A stretch of DNA of 64,000 bases from Mytilus edulis (GCF_963676685.1 NC_092353.1:28706001-28770000), one strand, 5' to 3'. Counted from the first letter of the stretch, positions 27,301 to 39,770 are shown. The notes: generated by a model from the letters alone, not told the origin. Translations and numbers: made by a program.

Positions 27301-28765
27301 GGAATCTTATGTATTTTGTAAGTGCTGCTATTATATTTTTAATTATTGCATAACCATGGCATCTATTATGAGTTTACTTGTTAATAACATTTCGTATAAT
27401 AAGAGTACTTACATGTTATATCCAACGTAGGTTTCTGGAACCTTACTCTTATCACAAATCCATTCCTGTGGTGGTAGACATTGTCTATACAACAAGTCGT
27501 ATTTCTGACAGAGCTGCCATTTGTTACTCTTCGGATTAGGGAGAGCAGTGGCAATCGTCACAGCTATGACAGCAATATAAAGTTGAAGTGGAACCTGAGA
27601 GAAATTAAATACATATTTTTCTAAATAAATGTCTTTAAGCTATCTTTTATTTATTTGTTTATTTAATAAAAACATGTTTGGTCACATGTATAAAATGATT
27701 TGAAGATGATCATGCATTACTCCTTGTATTGTTTATATATTCAAATACTTTATAGTTTAATATCTTCAATAGAATGAGAAGACATCATGTTCAAATAAAC
27801 GAACCACAAGTAGGGAAAAAGTGAAAACAGAGACATTTATAAATATTTGATAGATACATCTATATATGTCTCTCTTAATAAAAGTTGATAATGATATTTG
27901 AAATTATTCGTAGACTTTGATTCAAAGATTTCTTTAAAATGAAAAAATATTTCCGAAACATTTACGTTGCAAAAACCTTTTCCAAAAGAAAAAAAAAATG
28001 TTTTAAATTTCACTGCTGTCTTTTTCAAAAAGTAGAAAAAACTATTCATATTTTAAAAGGTGAGCATAAAATTTACCTTAATATAAGTAGTTTCTGTAAT
28101 ATTTACAATTCGTAGACTTTGAATTATAGATAAATTCAGAATAGAGTAATGTATACAGAATATTTCTTTATATATTCAAATACTTTATAGTTTAATATCT
28201 TCAATAGAATGAGAAGACATCATGTTCAAATAAACGAACCACAAGTAGGGAAAAAGTGAAAACAGAGACATTTATAAATATTTGATAGATACATCTATAT
28301 ATGTCTCTCTTAATAAAAGTTGATAATGATATTTGAAATTATTCGTAGACTTTGATTCAATAATTTCTTTAAAATGAAAAAATATTTCCGAAACATTTAC
28401 GTTGCAAAAACCTTTTCCAAATGAAAAAAAAATGTTTTAAATTTCACTGCTGTCTTTTTCAAAAAGTAGAAAAAACTATTCATATTTTAAAAGGTGAGCA
28501 TAAAATTTACCTTAATATAAGTAGTTTCTGTAATATTTACAATTCGTAGACTTTGAATTATAGATAAATTCAGAATAGAGTAATGTATACAGAATATTTC
28601 CTTAACAAAATATTGTTTTTCCAAATAGATCATTTTTGTTTCTTTTCATTACTACCTTCACAGCCAACATTAATTGAAACCTTAGAATATCTTTTGAGGT
28701 GTTAAAACATTATCATCTAATTATAAGTATATCTTTTAAAATTAATTTAGATTACATCTTACCAT
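24328..28765 (-). CDS. Family A copy A2: secreted cystine-knot protein, 232 aa
   Basis: Exons 28765-28763, 27594-27413, 26924-26799, 25725-25546, 24535-24328; 699 nt intact; ends ...IPTACSCVKVGCDDTFPLKTNL*. Confidence 0.87.
26060..26357 (+). mobile_element. pearl/DINE-like (Helentron-associated) non-autonomous element in A2 intron 3
   Basis: Core sequence plus (GACG/GACA)n microsatellite plus 3' hairpin ATGCCCC...GGGGCAT followed by an A run; partial second copy at about 36110-36275. Confidence 0.7.
27732..28600. repeat. About 435-bp near-perfect tandem duplication in A2 intron 1
   Basis: 27732-28166 versus 28167-28600, only a few differences. Confidence 0.9.
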
Positions 28766-29194
28766 TGTTATTTCTTGTATCGAATCAAAATTAAATCTGA
28801 TGTCTAAACTAGAAAATATATAGATATTTATATGCATAAACGAGGAAATTAACTTCTAGGGTTTTATAGCATCGTTTTTTGATTCGTCCTTTTATTAGTA
28901 CGTTATACACTGATGTATTACTTAAAAGTCTTAAGGCTATGTTAACAAAATAAAAGTTACGTCACAACACATAATGTTTATTATATACATGCTTTGCTAT
29001 CTTTCAAATTGCAAAATACTCCTTTGTTTTTCTTTTTAAGTGCATAATTATGGTTTTGACTATTTGACGTAATAGTGTCTTACGCTTACGAGCTGCGATT
29101 GGCTTTCAAATCCTTTTCCTCATGGCTTAAGAATACATAAAAGCAACGAAATTTTGAGGTATTTAGAAAGTACAGTTGTTCACCAGATATTAAG
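28766..29194. promoter_or_regulatory. Bidirectional promoter A2/B2
   Basis: TATAAATA(-) 28825-28832; TGACGTAA(-) 28957-28964; TGACGTAA(+) 29065-29072; ATTGG 29098-29102; CATAAAAG(+) 29136-29143. Much more conserved between copies than the flanking introns. Confidence 0.75.
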
Positions 29195-31453
29195 ATGGTA
29201 AGAGAAGTATTCTTTAATTAATGATATCTTAGTTTAGTAAAGCTGCATACACTACTATATTGTATGTTAACACATTTTATGTACAAATCAGTTTTAAATG
29301 ATTGGTAATATAAAAGTAAATTATAGAACTGTAAATTTTAACATTAGTTCTTTTATATCAAGACATTTTATATACAAATGTACATGAAATCGTATTATAA
29401 CAATTGTAAACTTTTCTTTTATCTAGATGACTATGTTTATTGTTTGGTTTGCGGTACTAGGAGTCACTGGAGCTTACAAGTGTATGGATCCTCCAGAAAT
29501 GCATTGGCCTGATAAGGTCAGAATATGTGATGGAGAATTTGGAAATAGTCCTGGATGTAATGATGACTATACTATCCCGTATAACCAGTAGGTACACCCT
29601 TGACCCAGACATGTTCTAGACATTCTGACAATTAGTATACGTCGTCCTTAAGTCAAAATTTGAAAATTGCCCTTGAATGATTTTAACAGATTTTATGAAT
29701 TAAAATAGTATATGTATATAGCAGCAGTCGATCTCTAATTTATATGACTATGCAAATACTATATGTTTACATCAATTTCGTTGAGCTTTATTGTCTAATT
29801 GCTTGTTAAATAATTTGCTCAACTTTTTATTTTATTAATCGCATCGTATGAATTTTATTTTCATTTGTGTCTATTTTTCAGTAATCATATAGAAAGCGCA
29901 CTTCTTATTTTCATTTTTGTCTATTTTGCAGTAATCATATAGAAAGCGCCCTTCAAGCTGACAGAGATCTTCTATCCTTCGTTGAGGATTCTTGTAAAAT
30001 ATACTCTCCAGAACTTCCCCTTGAATATGAGTAAGTTTTCATTAATACCTATAAGTTATTATACTGACATCTGCCATAATCGCCATAATCAAAGTGATAA
30101 ATATGGTGTAACGAGCTTGTGTGTTATTTGTTGCTATCTGAATGTTCCAAATTCTTCAAAGAGGATAACCAACTTTCTTAGTACATATAACTGTTTAAGA
30201 TTTAACAAATCATCAACGAAAAGATAATTATTAATTTCGTCAATCCGAATCGATCACTTTGGTTTACTTTTATCATGAGCACTCAAACACAAAATATTGA
30301 AAAATATTCTCATTAGTTATTTTATTACAACACAGTCATATTTTATTTCCACTATTGTATTACAGCAAAGTCAAAGCATCTATCCACAATGTGATATTCC
30401 AACAAAGTCAGAAAATTTATCAACACTTTTTTTATTACAAGTCATCCACAATGTGTTATAACAACACAGATACGTCATGACATTCGTGCACACCGTGTAG
30501 TTACAATACAATAATCAAATCTTTTCATAACGTGTTATGACATCAAAGTTCTAAATTTTAACAGCATTTTATTATTACAAAAAAGTTAAAACATTTAATC
30601 GCAACGTGTGATATTTCAACAGAGTCTTATATATGGTTGTGAAATGTCCTGGACGGCTTTGGCGTTAGAATTTCTAAGAAACATATCGTCTATTATTTTC
30701 CCTTAAAGTAAAATTAATATGATATTTCCCCCTTTTTAGACAATGTCCAATTGATGGCGGTGATCTTGGAAAAACGCTAGGAAGATGTGAGAAGGTTTGT
30801 GATGGCAATTATGTTAACGTAACAGCTGTGAATGTGCAAATGGTGGACGAAAAAACACAAAACTTTAGATGGAGCAAATGTTATGTTATACGTCCATGGG
30901 AACAGAAAGTTTACTACATGAAGTGCAAGTAAGTAGTAATATCACACAAAGCTGTATTTTCGGATAAACCTTTTTCAATTTTCAATTATTATCATCATTG
31001 CAGTAGTGGTAGTATAAAAAACACCAAAAATGTTCACATGTATCGATTATAATACTTCGTTTGATATCATATCAACCTTTATTCTCTATTTATTTGTCAA
31101 GTTTACTTAATGGTAAATGATGAGGTTCAGGCTCATCTTCTTAAATACTTTAATATGCTTGATGAAAATTGAAGATTAAAGGCTTCTTTATCTAAATCCA
31201 ACACAGTTATTTTATTTTTTTTATTTTCAGAAGTGATCGACCTACTTTTGAGAGCAGTTCATTTAAGTGTGTTCCAGACAACTTTATCAGACGAAGGGTT
31301 GCTGTTTTCTGTCCAGAATTTAAAGAGCACCAATGTCAAAAAGTGGACCTCGAATTACCAACTAATTGTGCTGCAAGCCGATTTGAATGTGTCCAACCGA
31401 AGAAAACAAAGCAACAAAGCGTAGACAGCTTTTTTGATTCATTGTTTTTGTAG
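29195..31453 (+). CDS. Family B copy B2: secreted Spaetzle-like protein lacking Cys III/VI, 224 aa
   Basis: Exons 29195-29197, 29427-29587, 29932-30030, 30740-30928, 31231-31453; 675 nt. MMTMFIVWFAVLGVTGA-YKCMDPP...KVCDG...RPWEQKVYYMKC...FKCVPDNFIRRRVAVFCP...LPTNCAASRFEC...VDSFFDSLFL*. Confidence 0.87.
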
Positions 31454-32021
31454 TTCAGTCTTTTAAAGAACTATCCGCACGGTGTGCTGCAGGTCAAATC
31501 TAATGGTGTCATAAAAACCATTCTGAACAGACGAAACAGATGAAATGCCTTAAATTGTGACCTCACATATTAGAAAATTTTGTATTTTCTTTTTAAATCC
31601 ATGCAGACTGTGATATTTTGTTGTTTTTTGTAATATTGTGCACATCATCATCCATTATGCCATGTTCTTGTAAAAGTGACTAATGTATATAGATAAAATA
31701 TCATATTTTATATATCTGTGTCTGGTAGTTTCTTTTCCCCCCGTGTAGAATAGTTAGTAATTGACATTAGTTAAAGAGATTTTATTACGAATCAAGATCC
31801 CATTTTTCATCAGTTGATCTAATTTTCCATTATAACAGATAGCATGTCTTGCGAGAGGTTTGGCATGCCATTAAACCAGGTTTAATCCTAAATTTTTATC
31901 TTAAAATGCCCGGTACCAAGTTAGCAATATGACAGTTATTATCAAATAGTTTGTTGTATGTGTGTTGGCGTTTGTTTTTTGTGTTAAATTGTGAAGTGGT
32001 TTAATAATTACATGCAGTTAT

Positions 32022-32790
32022 CTAATCCGAAATTACTCTGATGTCCAACGACTGTTTTGCCAGACAAGCTGGGGCCGTGAGACGTCAGAGCTCCTCCCTT
32101 TTTAAAAAGTTGATACTTGCCCGTCCAAAATGGATGTGCTGCTTCGTTGCTTTTTGGGCCCACTGACGGCCTTGGAATAATATAAATCGAGCGTCAATCT
32201 GTTCATTTTTCATTTAGTCACCCTTCATTTTCCCCTATTTTAACAGTTTTTACAGTGACGCATCAATTCTGTCATTTTAACTTTTATTTTGAAAGATTTT
32301 CATGTGATCCACAAGAAAAAGTAAGGCACAACGTATTATGGGAGCTGATGACCCTAGGTCAATATGAATACATAATCTAACACCTCGTTCATTAACGATG
32401 CAAGTAAGGTCCAAGTGCTTCCGATTGTTATCAGGGTTGGCTACTAAATGTTAAATAACGATCTCCTGTAAAGGAGGTGAAGAAATATACCTAAATATTT
32501 GCATAATTTCAGTCTCGAGGCCGCCAACTCTCTCGTAACTTGACGTCTATTTGAAAATGAAAGTCAAAATGCTGGAATCGATAGGTCACTGTGAAAATTG
32601 TTAAAATAGGGAAAATAATGGGCGGCAGGTAGGTGAAACTTACATGAATGAAGAGATAAATGAACAATGAACAGATTGATGACCGATTTATATAATTCCA
32701 AGGCCGTCAGCAACGAAGCAGCGCATCCCCTTTAGACGGGCAAATATCCACTTTAGCCGTTGGACGTCAGAGTATTAAATCTCGAACTAG
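32022..32790. mobile_element. About 770-bp foldback element with long imperfect TIRs
   Basis: TACTCTGATGTCCAACG / CGTTGGACGTCAGAGTA termini, internal arms about 32100-32300 versus 32545-32755; AGTTAT on both flanks. Confidence 0.75.
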
Positions 32791-33348
32791 TAGTTATCTA
32801 CACGACGTGGATTATGCCTAGGATTGACTTTTTTAAAAATTAATTTCAAACAACTGATTTGCGAGTTATTGAATCAACCAGTAATATTTTATCCCATATT
32901 GTTCCATTGCTTTTCTCGTACTTTTTGTGTGTTTCCATCGGGTTTAGTCTGTAATCTATATTTGTTTTCGCCGAAGCGAGTTATGACTTTTAAACTTTAT
33001 ATGCAAAATGAAGTTAAGGAATTTCTTTCGACAACAGATGCTAGTAGATAAAATTATAAGAAATCTTCAGTCGCACAAAGCAAGTGGTATTGTTGAGATT
33101 CCCAATGAATTTTTAAAGTTTGGTGGCGATGCTCTTTTGGATTTACTTGTTGATCTTTTCACCATTATTACTGACCTTGAAACTGTACCTGATGATTTGC
33201 AAAATTGCATCATTAAATCCCTACTCAAAGCTGGGTCTGTCTATGATATTGATAACTATAAGTGGATTACCTTAACGTCTAATGTGAACAAGGTATATTC
33301 GAAAATTTTTGAGGAATCTGTAAAGACCTACTTAGAAGAAAATAATAT

Positions 33349-36300
33349 TGTTACAAGGGGGCGAGTAGGGGTCGTGTGTACTTTTAACTCCGTATGATTG
33401 CTTAATGATAGTGTTCCTCTACTTAGTCTTGTTTTAAGTGTAGTTTGTTGACTCCAGCATAATCATATATAAAATGATGAATTCAGCGTAAAAGAATGAC
33501 TTTTATTCTTGTCCAGTATGCATATACATGTATATATATATCTCAATAAATAACTCATGCATATATCAGCAATAACATAGTATAATCATCAATTGGAATA
33601 GTAAGATGCTGGCCTTCGGAATCCCAGATGTAACTTTAATATACCGATTTACAAGACTTTATCCTATCAATCATACAATAATGAGAGAATGAAATATACT
33701 TATTTCATTAAATTACGATATTAGAAAGTTGTCAACGTGGTGGGACATCGTATCTTTACATCTTTAATAATTGTATAATTTGCCAAAAACTGCTATTAGA
33801 AATTGTAAACACTGAACTGGTTCCGCATCTTGTTTTAATATGAAGCCACTTCCTGTTGAAGACCTGCTTAAACGGGAATATTTATAAAAAAAATTTGTGG
33901 TTCCTGGACGTCCTTATGTAAGCTTTTAGTTTAATATTCTTAAAGATGTAAGAAGATAAATATAGACTTGAAATGCTATCGCATAGCTTATAGACCTAAC
34001 AGCCTATTCATTTCTGCCAGTGATTTTTCCTTAAAATTTTGTGTGAAGGTATTTCATGATTTGAAGAATAAAATATGATGAAAAAATTGGGGGTCATCGA
34101 CTTAGTTTTGTCGCTATAGCAACCTCAGTTTCGTGTTTTCTAGAATATTAACATAATATTTGCTTGTTATATAAACTCTCCAAAAAATAATTTATATCAA
34201 AGCTACAAACATAATTCTTGTTTCACATTAAACAGTAGGTTTGTATCAATCAAATACAAGTTCAAGAGTTTAAGATTCATATTGTTTTGATCTTTTAATA
34301 TATAATTTATTTCATTCCCGACAAAAATAAAGCGTAAAAATGAAAAAAACGTTTCCAGTATTAAAAAATATCTACCAGTGATTTCTCCATAATAATTTCA
34401 AGAAGAAAAGTGCCACGTGTACTCTTCAAATAAAGCAAAAAAGTATATGTCACCGACCTTTCAAAAAAGTTATGAGTAATTTTCATGTTTTTTTCTCGTT
34501 CGTTTTGAAGAAAAGAGTTGTCTTTCTTCAGAACATTCCATCTGACGTCATAGTACAAACTTTCCTTGCTGGTGTACTATTTGAAAAAAATCGCAAATTG
34601 GACGTTTGAAACCCACATTTAAATTTCCAAGAATAACAACTATATTCAGCTACTTTATTATCCGATAATACAATAGAATAAATGCATGTGTTAGTATCAG
34701 ACATATGATGTTGTTGCCGCACAATATTAACCGTCAGAAACACCATCAATTGTTTGAAATAATCTTTTACGCCGTGTTAAGAAAGTCTGTTTTTGTCCTC
34801 TGTCCATCATTAGCAAAATTATTGAAAATAAAATAAAAAAGAAATGAAAGATGGCACTGGCTAACTACAGAGTATTTGAATATCTCAGACTAGATGTGTG
34901 TGTGCTTTTTCGCGTCTATTTCAGACGTTTGCCGTAACGAACTCATTTGCTACTGTTGACAGACGAACAAAAGCATGGACGGACTTCTTGATCCCATTAT
35001 TTTTTCCTGTTTAAGAAAACGTAAAGAAGTGATTCCATCTAGTTTGTGAATTCATTATTTCTGAATTTAAGATATAAGGAAATTGAAATTATAGGTGTAA
35101 TACATGTATATGATAAATTAAAGTTTTTGATTCTAAAACGTTATACATCTATCATAAAATACAATCCCTGTTATTACTACCTCACGTGTTTTGAATAAAC
35201 GAGACAGAAAATATAAAATACAAAAAGTTTTTAATTCAAAAATTAATTTAGAAATATTTTTTTCTGTTGAAACCTACAAAGTAAGATTTTCACCAACAGG
35301 ATAAAATATTATAAATCTAAATTGCTAATTTTGGAAATTTAAACAAAGACAAGGTTGTCGCCGGCATTGAAATTTGAAATATGTTTTCAATCTTTCCGGT
35401 CATAGTTGTAGCTAAATGAAAGGGAGAGATTTTATGTTGGATATAATTCTTGGAACAATTTTTTTTGTCATCAGTTAAATTTACAACAATTTAGTTTTAA
35501 ACAGGGAAATTTTTTATTTTTAATTCATATTCGCTGAGTATTAATTTTATTAGTATGTTTTAACTTACAGCTAATTTCATACGGCATGTAAGAAAGCCAA
35601 ATTTGGTTGGCTTCCTTACATTGTTTGTATAAATGTTTATTCAAGCTTTGTGATTAAGATTGACATCTTCATATATAGGTATGTAAATCTGCATATATGA
35701 TATTTAAATTCAATTGGACATTATCAAAATATAATTATACAAAATATACAAACAAAGCAAGCAAGCTAACCAAAGTGTTGATCTACATACATTAGGAAAT
35801 TAGCTGTAAGCTTCAGTCAGATCAGGCGAAATGTTTATCATTTCTTCTTAAGTCAATTTGAAATGAAACAAATGACTAACGACTATGACTCTTTGTCTTA
35901 ATTTTATTACTACGATAAGATTTTGTCAAATAAGCAGTATAACTAAAGATTTTATTCTTTCACTTGTGTAACTTCATTGCAAGATAGGACATTATTTTAC
36001 GAGAATCTACCAGACATTAGTTACATGCATACATTGCCAGTATGTCAAAACTTCTAGGAATAATTTTTTATCGGCCTGACCTTCTGAATACTCAATTTTT
36101 GAATAAAAAACTGAGATTAAAACTAGAAGGATCAAATCATAGGGAACTTGTGTACTAAGTTTTAAGTTGATATGACTTCAACTTCATCAAAAACTACCTT
36201 AAGCAAAACTTTAACCTGAACCGGGACGGACGGACGAACAAACGGACAAACGGACGCACAGACCAGAAAACATAAATTGGAAATAAAAATAACTTTCATC

Positions 36301-37778
36301 ATTCTAATTACCTCGATAACCTGTACAAAATCGGCGCAAATGAAAGACAAAATTCACACAAGTGAAAGAATAAAAAAAATTAAATGCAGATCGGCGCAAA
36401 TATAAGACAAAATCTGCACAAGTGAAAGAATTAAAAAAAAAAATGAAATGCAGATCGGCCCAAATATAAGACAAAATCTACCCATGGGTCTGAAAGAATA
36501 AAATTTATATTTTATTATTTTTATTAGAACGAAGGTTAAATATAGTGTAGTATCTTTTGTGTCCATTTGTGTTAAATTTCCACAAAATATCAGCGCAACA
36601 CTTAATTCCTCTTTTCTTGGGAGATGAATTTTTAGGTTTAAACTATGTTGGAATCCGTGAAAAACGCGAAATAGGACGTTATAATTTTACGTTTTTTCAT
36701 TGATAGAAACAACGTCATAGATCTTTTATGTCACTACCAAGTTGCGTTAGTTGATGCACATAGACAATAGGCTTTTTGGTCTTTAAGGTAAAATAGCTTT
36801 GTATCGAAATGCATCCTGTACCTAAATAGCTTTCTTGACTTTAAGTGTTGTTTTCTTTATTGTTCTGCTCTGCTTGATAGACAGATACGATATGCCAAAG
36901 TGCTAGTGCGACGCCGTATTTATACTTGACGGTGGAATACATCCGTGACTCACAGAACTGAAAATCTACTATAACTTTGAAATACTAAGGAAAACTCTGG
37001 CTCATGTCCCAAAATGTCGTTATAAATCCATAAAATCGCGAAAGTTTGCCTTTAATTCCAATAAATAAGTGACATATAAAATATAAACCTTAAAATTCCA
37101 TACTCTTAGCCTTATCACCTATGTTTCTATCTGACGTCATTGAAATCACAAAATAGTTCCTTAACGGCGCGTCACAAAAACGTATTAAACGTAATTATAT
37201 CCTATTACTAAATATCCTACACAATAAAAGGAATGCCAGCAAGTAATTTAATCATATCTTGATAATACTTTTATGCATTACAGTATTATAACTTTATAAA
37301 GTAGTACCGTTACCCGGAAGTGACCATTCGTTGGAATGGCAGCTTCCAATACGTAAACAAGCACTCGCCACGATGGCATTTAAGGGAAAACTACCCAGAT
37401 GTGTCAAATAACACTGAGGCTGAATGAATAGGTAACAACAAACATGTTTTGCAAACCCATTACCCTCTGAAAGTGCGAATTCAATGTAGACCCGTGAAAA
37501 TCGTGATCAAAGTGCCTGTTCACTGACAGTTGAATTTTACCGCTATGTCAACTTGATAATTTGATAAACGTTATGTTAAATGTTATGTTATCTGATAAAA
37601 GTTGTACCAGTTATTAAAATATGCAATTTGATCTCCCCAATTTGAATTGCCAAAGTTGTCTTAGTGTATAAAAATCATCTAAGACCGTTATTTTTCAGGT
37701 TTTCAGATATTGATCCCAATAAAATTTTGAAATATAAATTGTATTGGTTCTTTGTGATAATTTCTCTCTTCCGATCCA
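33349..37778. mobile_element. 4.43-kb non-coding insertion with TG...CA ends and ATAT TSD
   Basis: ATAT at 33345-33348 and 37779-37782; removing the insert restores AAT AAT ATT CTA GGC (NNILG) of the LINE. Confidence 0.65.
36328..36500. repeat. About 60-bp tandem repeat x3
   Basis: ATCGGCGCAAATATAAGACAAAATCTGCACAAGTGAAAGAA-type units. Confidence 0.7.
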
Positions 37779-39185
37779 ATATTCTAGGCGATGTTCAGGG
37801 GGCATTTAGAAACAATGGAAGAACAGAGGATCATAAATTGTCTCTACAAGAGGTATTTGTTCTATTCGAAAAGCTAAAAAATATAAAACAAAAAATTGCT
37901 TTTCTAGACCTATCAAAAGCTTTCTGGCGTGATGGCCTTTTCTATTAATTGTTGAAAACTGGCATTCAAGGTAAGAGTTGAAAACTGCTCTAATCACTTT
38001 ACAGTAATGTATCAAACAAAGTTTTGTTTGGTGATTGTGAAACAGGTTTCTTAGAATTTGGCTTGAAACAAGGTTGTGTCTTGTCTCCGGCTCTTTTTTC
38101 TGTTTTAATGAATGACCCCATAAGCATGCTCGAAGCCAACAATTTTGGTGCCGAACTATCATCACTACTAGTAAATTGCCTTTTAAGTGCTGATGATGTA
38201 GTTCTTATCGGGAAGTCCGAGGCGGAACTACATCGTCTGCTTGATATAACAGCTAATTTTGCTTCAAAGTGGAATCTAAAATTTAACCAAAACAAATCCA
38301 AGGCTATGAAAATAGGTAAGCGTTTAGATAAAGATAGGAAATGGCAATAAGGTAACTGGCTACTTGAGGATGCCAATGAATACAAATATCTTGGAGTTTA
38401 TTTTACCCGTTCTTTGATTTCTGGCTTCCATATAAATTGTAACTTAAAAATAACTTCGAGCGCAAGCTCAATTATATGACTAAGTTGCTGATCACGGATC
38501 TTTCAATCGCATATCCTTCGAAGATTCCCTCTCGAACTCGGTAATACGGCCATCTATTGCACATGGTTGTACTGTATGGCTGCCGTCGTCAGTTTCAAGC
38601 AAACAAATTCTTGAAACGTGGCAATATGAACCGGCGAAATTCATTTTTAGTACTAATACAAATATACGTAAGTCGGCTCTGTTCGTAGATTTGGGTTGGG
38701 AACCGATAAATGGTTTCCTTGATAGACAAGGGTGTCTTATTTTGCTAGAAATCATGACATAGATCAGAAAAGATAATTTCGAATCATATTTGACGAGCTA
38801 AAGGGCTTAGCGCTACATCAAGGATGGGGATTTCCTCAGTATATGAAAAATGTGTTTAAAACTGTCGGTCTTGATTATTTTTAAAAACTCAAATGTTAAC
38901 CTGAATATTTTTAAACAGTTTTTGGGAAAGTTTGTTTGTGAAAGAGAATTTCAAGTTATAAGAAATAAAAGTAGTCTTAATATGTTCTCCAAATTCAACC
39001 TTGCGTCTGGTAGACAGCCTTATTTGTCAAACTTGCTCGATTTTAAGTCTACAAGGTTATTTACATGAATGTTGACTTGTTTTAAAAAAAGAAATATTTT
39101 TTTAACTTTGATATTGTCCTATGTGTATTTTATTTCATTGTACATAATGCATTGTATATGCTCTTAGACGCATTTGTGGGTGCAG

Positions 39186-39770
39186 AACAAGTCAACATTC
39201 ATGTTAAACATAACATCATTATATATTAATATAAAATCTCAACATTTAGAAATCACATCAATTTAGTTGCACACGTAAATCACAGTTAGCCTAATTTTCA
39301 AAAATTGAAGATCTGTAAGTGTACATTTCACTCAACATCTTTTTACTAAAAGTGTCAACATGTTTACAAACATTTGGATTAACCTTTTAAAAATATTCAC
39401 CTAGCAGTATGTTTAATTTTTCGTAGGACGGTATTTCTGTGAAGCAAAAGTCGGGGAAGTTAGTATTTAGGTACTCATTTATATCGGCAAAATACTTATT
39501 TCGTATAGGAGAATATTCACAACATGCGAGAACGAAATGTTTCACGGCCTCCTCAGATATGCATGAACACATTTGACAAATGGGAGTCTCGCACATCTTC
39601 ATTCTATACAAAACTTAATTCATAGGTAAACAATTTGTTCATGCTAACAATTTTAACCTTAAAATTTATCCTTGTAGACATAAAATCGAGCAAGTTTTAC
39701 AAATAAGGCTGTCTACCAGACGCAAGGTAAAATTTGGAGAACGCATTTATACTACTTTTATTTCTTATAA
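39186..39770 (-). mobile_element. Inverted 3' fragment of the same LINE family
   Basis: CQMCSCISEEAVKHFVLACCEYSPIR zinc-knuckle; 39665-39770 is the reverse complement of about 38955-39060. Confidence 0.75.

Larger units (their letters stand above)
33040..39180 (+). mobile_element. Decayed non-LTR retrotransposon ORF2 (RT), split by a 4.4-kb insertion
   Basis: 33040-33348 KASGIVEIPNEFLK...NYKWITLTS...YLEENNI resumes at 37783 as LGDVQGAFR...AFLDLSKAF...GLKQGCVLSPALF...LLSADDVVL...WNLKFNQNKSK...YKYLG; frameshifts and stops present. Confidence 0.85.

Noticed and set aside
30320-30630. Degenerate about 40-bp repeats in B intron 3
   Set aside because: Ordinary decayed minisatellite with variable copy number among B2-B4.
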